DNA of 32,000 nt from Phycisphaera mikurensis NBRC 102666 (lineage in GTDB: Bacteria; Planctomycetota; Phycisphaerae; Phycisphaerales; Phycisphaeraceae). A model generated the notes under the pieces. The model saw only the letters and a list, made by a program, of their open reading frames with translations, made no database searches and was not told the DNA's origin. This document shows positions 9,875 to 16,119 of this stretch, piece by piece (the stretch's first letter is position 1; the number at the start of each line of letters is the position of its first letter). A program made the position numbers and the translations under genes. Location: contig NC_017080.1 in assembly GCF_000284115.1 (NCBI RefSeq), forward strand, positions 2,340,001-2,372,000. The letters are read 5' to 3'.

Positions 9875-10225
9875 ATGGCTGGATACATTTCCTACTTTGA
9901 GATAGGGGCGGATGATGCAGGCAGTAGCCGTGACTTTTTCCGGGAACTCTTTGGCTGGCCGTTCCACTCGATGGGGGACGGCGACGAGGGCTACTTTGAG
10001 ACTCCCGGCGTCAAGGCTGGCCTGCATGGCGGCGACCAACATGCAGTTTTCTTGCCTTTCTTCGCTGTTGACGACCTCGCATCCGCGGCCGATCGGGTGA
10101 ATCAGCTCGGTGGGCATGCGGGCGAGGTTTCTGAAGAATCGGGCTTCGGCAGGTTCTGTATGTGCCAAGACCCACAGGGGGTCCGGTTCGGGTTGCACTC
10201 CGCTCCCACGGCAGGCGCGGCCTAA
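9875..10225 (+). CDS. Cassette 5: VOC (glyoxalase/bleomycin-resistance fold) family protein
   Basis: MAGYISYFEIGADDAGSSRDFFRELFGWPFHSM...VFLPFFAVDDLASAADRVNQLGG...GRFCMCQDPQGVRFGLH. Confidence 0.88.
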   Translation: MAGYISYFEIGADDAGSSRDFFRELFGWPFHSMGDGDEGYFETPGVKAGLHGGDQHAVFLPFFAVDDLASAADRVNQLGGHAGEVSEESGFGRFCMCQDPQGVRFGLHSAPTAGAA

Positions 10226-10324
10226 CCAGGCGTCGCAGCGGACCGGCAGGGTGCGCGGGTTTACATCCTCCTGTTCCAGGCCCGCCGTCAGTTCGGCCGG
10301 CCGCTGAACGCTTCTTCGTTAGGC
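10220..10324 (+). repeat. attC5
   Basis: GCCTAAC...GTTAGGC, 105 bp. Confidence 0.92.
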
Positions 10325-10654
10325 GGCGGTGAACACGGTCCGTTCTTCCCCGTGTGTCCGCCGTCGCGCACGTCCGCGGACCGTCGGCGGTTCCGGCCGC
10401 TCGTCCCCGCGGTCCGCGGCGCGGTCGTCCGCTGCGGGGCGGCCGTACCTCGTCGGTCGGGCGTCGTCGCCGCTAGTTTCGCTGCGGTCGGCGTCGCGGC
10501 CCCGGCTCGTCAGCCATCCGGTCGGCGGCCCTCGCCGCTCTGCGCGTCGCCGCCTAGCCAAGCGTTGCAGCGGACCGGCAGGGTGTGCGGGTTTACAGTG
10601 CTCTTCGTGTTCCAAGCCCGCCGTCAGTTCGGCCGGCCGCTGAACGCTTCTTCG
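10319..10654 (+). other. Cassette 6: 336 bp, probably non-coding, near-duplicate of cassette 3
   Basis: Same length and near-identical sequence to 9180-9515; contains the 46-bp element. Confidence 0.7.
10374..10419. repeat. 46-bp bipartite palindromic element (copy d, cassette 6)
   Basis: ccgcggaccg 10374-10383, cggtccgcgg 10410-10419, N26. Confidence 0.9.
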
Positions 10655-10660
10655 TTAGGC
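10552..10660 (+). repeat. attC6 (degenerate R'' GCCTAGC)
   Basis: GCCTAGC...GTTAGGC. Confidence 0.88.
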
Positions 10661-10665
10661 GTACC

Positions 10666-11019
10666 TTGGCGAAACCGACTTCCGAAGCGGCTTGGCTCGG
10701 AGCGTTCGCCGCGATCGTCTGGACGTTCCCCATCGTTGCTCTATTTGCGCTTCTGTATCGGTTCCCGATTCCTTTCGCCGGGTACATGACCGGACCGGCA
10801 GCGGTTCCCCCGGCCATGCTGGCTGTCTTGTTCTACGGTGCGCTCGGGGGCGTCTTCGTTCAGCTCCTCGCGGGCTTGGGTGCCGGTGTGGCCGCTTGGT
10901 GGTGGGCCCGTCCCAACCGCAGCCGTAGCAACCGCTACGCAGTGGCGTTGGCCGCTCTTGCAGCCGTCCCGGGTGTGCTGCTCCTGGCAGTCCTCGACCA
11001 CCTCATCGGCCCGTGGTGA
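10666..11019 (+). CDS. Cassette 7: small integral membrane protein (TTG start proposed)
   Basis: Hydrophobic stretches AAWLGAFAAIVWTFPIVALFALLYRF, PPAMLAVLFYGALGGVFVQLLAGLGAGVAAWWW, YAVALAALAAVPGVLLLAVL. Confidence 0.7.
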   Translation: MAKPTSEAAWLGAFAAIVWTFPIVALFALLYRFPIPFAGYMTGPAAVPPAMLAVLFYGALGGVFVQLLAGLGAGVAAWWWARPNRSRSNRYAVALAALAAVPGVLLLAVLDHLIGPW

Positions 11020-11023
11020 GCAC

Positions 11024-11132
11024 GCCTAACCAGGCGTTGCAGCGGACCGGCAGTGTGTTGGGGTTTATGCTGCTCTCCCAATTCCAGCCGCAGCGTCGCT
11101 CTGGCCGGCCGCTGAACGCTTCTTCGTTAGGC
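11024..11132 (+). repeat. attC7
   Basis: GCCTAAC...GTTAGGC. Confidence 0.93.
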
Positions 11133-11399
11133 CGCACCAGTCGGCCGGTGTCGTCGCGTCCACCAGACGGTCGGCGGGCGCCGCGGACCGTGCCCCGTTT
11201 CGCCGCCTTTCCGCTCCGGTCCGCGGCTTGGTGGTCGCTGTCGCTCCAACTCGCCCGCCCGCTCGGCCGGCCGCCTTCCACGCTCCCCGCGTGCGGCCTA
11301 ACCAGGCAATGTAGCGGACCGGGGGTGTGCGCGGGTTTACCGTGCTTCCCCCGGATCCGGGCCGCCGTTGGGGTCGCCCGGCCGCTGATCGCTTCTTCG
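11127..11399 (+). other. Cassette 8: 273 bp, non-coding 169-bp body identical by eye to cassette 12 body
   Basis: ttaggccgcaccagtcggccggtgtcgtcgcg...cttccacgctccccgcgtgcgg in both places. Confidence 0.75.
11181..11226. repeat. 46-bp bipartite palindromic element (copy e, cassette 8)
   Basis: ccgcggaccg 11181-11190, cggtccgcgg 11217-11226, N26. Confidence 0.9.
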
Positions 11400-11405
11400 T
11401 TAGGA
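11296..11405 (+). repeat. attC8 (subtype B; R' is GTTAGGA)
   Basis: GCCTAAC...gggggtgtgcgcgggtttacc...GTTAGGA. Confidence 0.88.
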
Positions 11406-11422
11406 CCCAACAGGTTCATCAG

Positions 11423-11719
11423 ATGTCAAAGCCAGACCAAATCGAGGTTGAGAACGTCAATCATCCCGATCGTCGACACAACGTGGACGCCACGAAGTAT
11501 CAAGCAGTGCGCAAGACGCTCTTGGAGATCCTGCCAGCGAAATCTCCAGGTTTGACGCAGAAGCAGGTCCAGGAGCAGATCAAGGCGAAGCTTCCCGATG
11601 AACTGTTCCCCGGCGGTGCCAAATCTGGCTGGTGGGCTAAGACCGTTCAACTTGATCTGGAAGCAAAGTCTATAATCGTCCGAGAGCGAACGACGCCGCT
11701 GCGTTGGTATCGCTCCTGA
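11423..11719 (+). CDS. Cassette 9: conserved hypothetical protein
   Basis: MSKPDQIEVENVNHPDRRHNVDATKYQAVRKTLLEILPAKSPGLTQKQVQEQIKAKLPDELFPGGAKSGWWAKTVQLDLEAKSIIVRERTTPLRWYRS, compact soluble protein filling the cassette. Confidence 0.85.
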   Translation: MSKPDQIEVENVNHPDRRHNVDATKYQAVRKTLLEILPAKSPGLTQKQVQEQIKAKLPDELFPGGAKSGWWAKTVQLDLEAKSIIVRERTTPLRWYRS

Positions 11720-11720
11720 G

Positions 11721-11829
11721 GCTTGACCAGGCGTTGCAGCGGACCGGCAGTGGTCCTGGGTTTACACTGCTCCCCCGGCCCCAGCTGCGTCGGCGCTCTG
11801 GCCGGCCGCTGAACGCTTCTTCGTTAGGC
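11721..11829 (+). repeat. attC9 (degenerate R'' GCTTGAC)
   Basis: GCTTGAC...GTTAGGC with the conserved arms. Confidence 0.88.
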
Positions 11830-11994
11830 CGCACCCAAAGCGGCCTTGTGCTGCTCCGCCAAGCGCCGTCTCGCCCATCCGCGGACTGTCGCGGGTTCTG
11901 GCCAGTCGGCCCCACCTCCCGCGACGCGGCGGCCTGGTGGCGTCTGCCGCCCTCTATCCACCTCTGGCTTCGGGTTCAAGCCCTTGGAGTTCCT

Positions 11995-12792
11995 TCAGAA
12001 AGTGAAGCGGAGGCCCGCCTCAACAGCGACACTTGGATCGGGGTCGTAAGTCCCACCGGCGATGTCTACCTCGGCCACGTCGAAGTACCGACCTCCAACG
12101 GTCAATGCGGCGTGACGAGAGAGCTTGACCGCGACACCCGCCGATGCGTTCCAAGCGAAGGCGAGGCCGGTTTCGTAATCGTCCGCGCTCGTCCCGAGGT
12201 TCTCGACATCGATGAGAACGCCCGCCACGCCGACGCCTCCGCCGACATAAATCTCGACGCGCCGGGTGACCGGGATGTCGACGAGGAGGTTGAGCGTCTC
12301 CACACCAGTAAGTACGTGGCCGAGGGAAGGGGGTGGGTCTTCATCAAACCGACGCTCGTCAAGCTCTTCCGGCTCGCTATAGGTGAGCAGCGACTGGTAC
12401 TCGAAGCGGATCGCCCCGAAGTCCCACCCGAGGTTGATACCCGCGAGTGCTCCATCCTCGAGAGTGATCTCCTCGTCGTCGGCGTAGGCAGCGTCGCCGA
12501 ACGAGGCGTAGCCGCCGAAGAAGCCGAGGGTGAAGCCGGTGTTGTCGAGATCGACGTCATCGGGAGAACGCAGCGGCTCGCGGGGGAAACGCTCATAGTC
12601 CTCAGCAGGGGAAGTCTCACGCGTTGGCTGCCAAGCGTTTCTGTCGATGTATCCGTCTGGAGGGTTCTGCTCAGCGGAGCGGACACTCTCCAAGAACGAG
12701 CGGTTGTATGCATCGATGTCGGTCTCGGCCAAAGGCTGCGTTGATGCGGCGGCGGCGGGGAGGAGGCCGATGACGGAAATGAAGGTCTTCAT
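11995..12792 (-). CDS. Cassette 10: outer-membrane beta-barrel-like protein, encoded antisense to the array
   Basis: MKTFISVIGLLPAAAASTQPLA signal; GFTLGFFGGYASFGDAAYADDEEITLEDGALAGINLGWDFGAIRFEYQSLL...VEIYVGGGVGVAGVLID...AALTVGGRYFD...VAVEAGLRFTF*. Confidence 0.8.
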   Translation of the reverse strand: MKTFISVIGLLPAAAASTQPLAETDIDAYNRSFLESVRSAEQNPPDGYIDRNAWQPTRETSPAEDYERFPREPLRSPDDVDLDNTGFTLGFFGGYASFGDAAYADDEEITLEDGALAGINLGWDFGAIRFEYQSLLTYSEPEELDERRFDEDPPPSLGHVLTGVETLNLLVDIPVTRRVEIYVGGGVGVAGVLIDVENLGTSADDYETGLAFAWNASAGVAVKLSRHAALTVGGRYFDVAEVDIAGGTYDPDPSVAVEAGLRFTF

Positions 12793-12948
12793 GGGAGGTG
12801 TTGAAGGCTCGCGGGTGGGTCCGGAGCCTATTGCCGCCCAGACAAGCTTGCAACGCGAGGCCGGGCGAGGCGGCCAGGGCTTAACCCCTTTTATTACCGC
12901 GGCTCTTCCGGTCACTCCTCAGCCTTCATTCACGCTCCCCCGCGTGCA

Positions 12949-13057
12949 GCCTAACCAGGCGTTGCAGCGGACCGGCAGTGCGTGCGGGCTTACAGTGTTC
13001 CTTCGGTTCCAGCTGCATCGTCGCTCTGGCCGGCCGCTGAACGCTTCTTCATTAGGC
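12949..13057 (+). repeat. attC10 (R' is ATTAGGC)
   Basis: GCCTAAC...ATTAGGC. Confidence 0.9.
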
Positions 13058-13109
13058 CGCACCAAGCAGGCCGCTGGGTTAACCTGTAGCTCTGCTCCCG
13101 AAATCATGT

Positions 13110-13616
13110 ATGAGACACCTTCGAACGATGCTCGGGGTCGCTTCCTTGCTCTGCTTCGTTTGCCTGCTGACGAGCTGTGGCGAGCTAGTGGAGATCGAGT
13201 ACGCGGACGATGTCGTGTTCCGCACCCATGGCGGCCGCTTCGACCAGCTGCATATGACCGGGGCGTACGTCCCCGCGGGAGGCAGTCCGCTCACGTTCGA
13301 CTTGGTGGTTGACGGAACTACTTTCGCGGCGACAGACTTGCAGACTCTTTCTTCGACACCGCCAGGCGGAAATAGGAAGACGAGCGTCACCCCGGAGGGG
13401 TTTTTCACCGACATCGTTTGGATCTTCCCCAGCAACAACTCCGTAAGAGCTGTCTACTTCGGGAACGATCTCTCGCTACTCTGGGTCAATTCTGGCAAAG
13501 CGGGTTCCGTTTCACTGGACTTTCACCGGGGTGTCCGCGTGGAGCTGCCAATTGCCCGTCGCGATCTTGACGCAGCACTTGGTGTACCGCTTCGCGTAGG
13601 CACGTGGGGTCTATAG
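13110..13616 (+). CDS. Cassette 11: putative lipoprotein
   Basis: MRHLRTMLGVASLLCFVCLLTSCGELVEIEYADDVVFRTHGG..., lipobox LLTSC. Confidence 0.8.
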   Translation: MRHLRTMLGVASLLCFVCLLTSCGELVEIEYADDVVFRTHGGRFDQLHMTGAYVPAGGSPLTFDLVVDGTTFAATDLQTLSSTPPGGNRKTSVTPEGFFTDIVWIFPSNNSVRAVYFGNDLSLLWVNSGKAGSVSLDFHRGVRVELPIARRDLDAALGVPLRVGTWGL

Positions 13617-13645
13617 CTTGCTCCTCCTTGCGGTCCGCGCATGCG

Positions 13646-13754
13646 GCCTGACCAGGCGTTGCAGCGGACCGGCAGGGTGCGGGGGTTTACAATGCTCTCC
13701 CGGTTCCAGCTGCGTCGTCGCTCTGGCCGGCCGCTGAACGCTTCTTCGTTAGGC
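13646..13754 (+). repeat. attC11 (R'' GCCTGAC)
   Basis: GCCTGAC...GTTAGGC. Confidence 0.9.
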
Positions 13755-13802
13755 CGCACCAGTCGGCCGGTGTCGTCGCGTCCACCAGACGGTCGGCGGG
13801 CG

Positions 13803-13848
13803 CCGCGGACCGTGCCCCGTTTCGCCGCCTTTCCGCTCCGGTCCGCGG
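13803..13848. repeat. 46-bp bipartite palindromic element (copy f, cassette 12)
   Basis: ccgcggaccg 13803-13812, cggtccgcgg 13839-13848, N26. Confidence 0.9.
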
Positions 13849-13917
13849 CTTGGTGGTCGCTGTCGCTCCAACTCGCCCGCCCGCTCGGCCGGCCGCCTTC
13901 CACGCTCCCCGCGTGCG

Positions 13918-14111
13918 GCCTAACCAGGGGTGGCAAAAGGTGAGGTGGCAAAAGGTGACAGCCACCGATTCGAACCTCCGTGCATGGATTCGGTGCATCT
14001 AGCCAGATCGATTATCGGTGGCTGTCACCTTTATTGCCCTCACCTTTATTGCCCCCCCGGTCCCAGCTGCGTCGTCGCTCTGGCCGGCCGCTGAACGCTT
14101 CTTCGTTAGGC
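13918..14111 (+). repeat. attC12, interrupted: left arm replaced by a palindromic insertion
   Basis: GCCTAACcagg then a foreign segment, then ccagctgcgtcgtcgctctggccggccgctgaacgcttcttcGTTAGGC. Confidence 0.85.
13928..14057. mobile_element. Palindromic insertion (REP/MITE-like) inside attC12
   Basis: ggtggcaaaaggtgaggtggcaaaaggtgacagccaccgat ... atcggtggctgtcacctttattgccctcacctttattgcccc, about 41-nt imperfect inverted arms around a central loop. Confidence 0.65.
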
Positions 14112-14118
14112 CTTTCCA

Positions 14119-14637
14119 ATGACGACGATTGATCCGGCCACATTGCCGAAAGGCGAACCCGAGGGCGGCTTCGATGAGATCCACCTCGCCGCGCGGCAGC
14201 GGGATTCAGACCGCGTCCGTACGTTGCTTGACTCCGGCGTGTCCCCCGATTTGCCGAATCGGAAAGAGCCCAACGGTGACGGAGGCAACACGCCGCTGTG
14301 GTTTGCTGTCCAAGGTGCCCTGGGCGGCGGTATGCCGGTTGCCGACGTGTTACTCGCTGCCGGTGCCGAGGTCAATGGCAGGTGTGAGTACGGAACCACC
14401 CCGTTGCACATGGCCGCTTCGTGGGGACATTTGGATATGGTCAAGTGCCTGATCGAGCACGGCGCCGATCCCACGACGCCGGACGACGAGGGGCGAACGC
14501 CGCGTCAGATGGCCGTATCGGGCTTGGCGAAGATGAAGCAAGACCCCATTCACGCCAAAACCTGCCACCCGCGGATCGAGCAGTGGCTGACCGCCATGCC
14601 GAAAGTGATCGCTCATTTGGAAGCGTGCGAGGCCTAA
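14119..14637 (+). CDS. Cassette 13: ankyrin-repeat protein
   Basis: DEIHLAARQRDSDRVRTLLDSGVSPDLPN...GNTPLWFAVQGALGGGMPVADVLLAAGAEVNGRCEYGTTPLHMAASWGHLDMVKCLIEHGADPTTPDDEGRTPRQMA. Confidence 0.93.
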   Translation: MTTIDPATLPKGEPEGGFDEIHLAARQRDSDRVRTLLDSGVSPDLPNRKEPNGDGGNTPLWFAVQGALGGGMPVADVLLAAGAEVNGRCEYGTTPLHMAASWGHLDMVKCLIEHGADPTTPDDEGRTPRQMAVSGLAKMKQDPIHAKTCHPRIEQWLTAMPKVIAHLEACEA

Positions 14638-14739
14638 CCACCGGCTGCAGTCGACCGGCGACGCCCGCGAGTAGAATTGTGTTGCCGGTGGTACGCCCCC
14701 TCCCGCGGGCAGCCGGCAACTGAGCCGTTTTCGTTAGGC
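14632..14739 (+). repeat. attC13, divergent in sequence from all other attC sites here
   Basis: GCCTAACcaCCGGCTGCAGTCGACCGGCGAC...CGCGGGCAGCCGGCAACTGAGCCGttttcGTTAGGC. Confidence 0.8.
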
Positions 14740-14762
14740 CGCACCAGCCTTGAGAGGTCCGC

Positions 14763-15020
14763 ATGAAGATCCCACTTGTTCAGCAGCATAATGGGCACCG
14801 CGTGCTCAGCTGGTCCGGCGTAGGCCTCGTCTGGCTGTTCGTGGCTTTCATTGCCACCGGTGCAGCCGCTGCAATGTCGTGGCTGCTGGGGTGGTACTCG
14901 TCAGCTCTCTTCGCCATCACGCTTCTCGTGCTGCCGTTGTTCATGGTCAGCCTTGGCGTCTGGTCAGGGCTCACCTGTGCGGTTAGCAAGCTCCATCCAC
15001 GCCCCCCGCGTGCGGCCTAA
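14763..15020 (+). CDS. Cassette 14: small membrane protein
   Basis: MKIPLVQQHNGHRVLSWSGVGLVWLFVAFIATGAAAAMSWLLGWYSSALFAITLLVLPLFMVSLGVWSGL; stop TAA in the attC R'' core. Confidence 0.7.
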   Translation: MKIPLVQQHNGHRVLSWSGVGLVWLFVAFIATGAAAAMSWLLGWYSSALFAITLLVLPLFMVSLGVWSGLTCAVSKLHPRPPRAA

Positions 15021-15060
15021 CCAGGCGTTGCAGCGGACCGGCGGCGTGTGCGGGGCTCGT
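15015..15060 (+). repeat. attC14, truncated (left arm only); apparent array end
   Basis: GCCTAACcaggcgttgcagcggaccggcggcgtgtgcgggg, then unrelated sequence with no GTTRRRY partner seen. Confidence 0.7.
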
Positions 15061-15336
15061 CGGAGCCTGCATCCCGCTCAGGTCGTCCGGTCTACTGCTG
15101 TTGCGTGTCCTTTTGTTTCAGTGGAGGCTCGGCTCGTTTACGCCCGTTCGGTCCGATGATTGCGAGCCGCGGGTGACAGGGGCTCGCCGGGCAAGCTGCA
15201 CAAGTGCATCAGCGGGCTGAACGAAGTCCGATCCGAGGCTCCGGCGTGCATCGGCGGGTGCCAGCGAGCTTGGGAGCGGACGCCACGACGCGGGGGCGCT
15301 ACCGTCGCGGGTCCGCCGACCCGTGAGGATCCCGCC

Positions 15337-16074
15337 ATGCCGCTGAACCGAAGAGACTTCCTCCACACCGCCGGCGTCAGCGCGGCGGGCTTCGCGGTTT
15401 CGGGTCCGCTGCTCGCGGCGGCGGCGCGGGCGGCGGAGGTGGAGCCGCAGGCGGTCGGGCACGCGTTGCCCGACCTCCCCTACGCCGCCGACGCGTTGAT
15501 GCCGCACATCGACGCGGAGACGATGCGGATCCACCACGGCAAGCACCACGCCGGATACGTGCGGAAGCTCAACGACGCGCTGGCGGCGTACCCGGATCTT
15601 GCGGAGCGTGACCCCGCCGAGCTGGTGGCCATGGCCGGCGAGCTGCCCGCCGACCTCCAACGGCCCGTGGTGAACAACGGCGGCGGGCACGTGAACCACA
15701 CGATGTTCTGGCGGATGATGAGCCCCGATGGAGGCGGCGAGCCGCGGGGGGAACTGGCCGGGGCGATCGACGCCGCCTTCGGAACCTTCGCCGGTTTCCA
15801 GGCGGCCTTCAGCGGTGCCGCCTCCGGCCGCTTCGGCAGCGGCTGGGCGTGGCTGGTCGTCGGGCGCGACGGGGAGCTGGCGGTCACCAGCACCGCCAAC
15901 CAGGACTCGCCGCTCATGGGCGGGCAGACGCCCGTGCTGGGCCTGGACGTGTGGGAGCACGCGTACTACCTCAAGTACCAGAACCGCCGGGCCGACTACG
16001 TCGAGGCGTGGTGGAACGTGGTGAACTGGGACGAGGCCTCGGAGCGGTACGCGCGGGCGACGGACCGGGGCTAG
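15337..16074 (+). CDS. Fe/Mn superoxide dismutase with Tat signal peptide
   Basis: [23 protein letters not shown] Tat motif; [32 protein letters not shown]; [13 protein letters not shown]; GSGWAWLV; [31 protein letters not shown]. Confidence 0.96.
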   Translation: MPLNRRDFLHTAGVSAAGFAVSGPLLAAAARAAEVEPQAVGHALPDLPYAADALMPHIDAETMRIHHGKHHAGYVRKLNDALAAYPDLAERDPAELVAMAGELPADLQRPVVNNGGGHVNHTMFWRMMSPDGGGEPRGELAGAIDAAFGTFAGFQAAFSGAASGRFGSGWAWLVVGRDGELAVTSTANQDSPLMGGQTPVLGLDVWEHAYYLKYQNRRADYVEAWWNVVNWDEASERYARATDRG

Positions 16075-16119
16075 CGCCCAGAGCCGGCGTCTGCTCGCGG
16101 CCGTGGGTAGATTCACCGC

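Larger units (their letters stand above)
8222..15060 (+). mobile_element. Chromosomal integron cassette array, about 14 cassettes
   Basis: Recurrent RYYYAAC...GTTAGGC modules (about 109 bp) separating short ORFs or ORF-less segments next to intI. Confidence 0.93.

Noticed and set aside
9190-10643. Paired 104-aa ORFs in cassettes 3 and 6
   Set aside because: Similar because the DNA is duplicated. Both run through attC and end inside it, the translation is Arg/Ser/Pro-rich, and the conserved hairpin explains the similarity better. Not excluded without expression data.
13629-13640. gcggtccgcgc near the end of cassette 11 as another 46-bp element
   Set aside because: Only one arm; the position 36 bp upstream matches poorly.
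8644-14723. Many ORFs with the recurring peptide NQALQRTG...GFTV...RSGRPLNASSLGR
   Set aside because: These are translations of attC sites read through in one frame, not proteins; a likely source of false annotations.
8649-15060. Interpretation of the about 109-bp repeats as ordinary REP elements or a retron/DGR
   Set aside because: RYYYAAC/GTTRRRY cores, uniform orientation, adjacency to intI and gene-sized inserts identify attC sites; no reverse transcriptase present.
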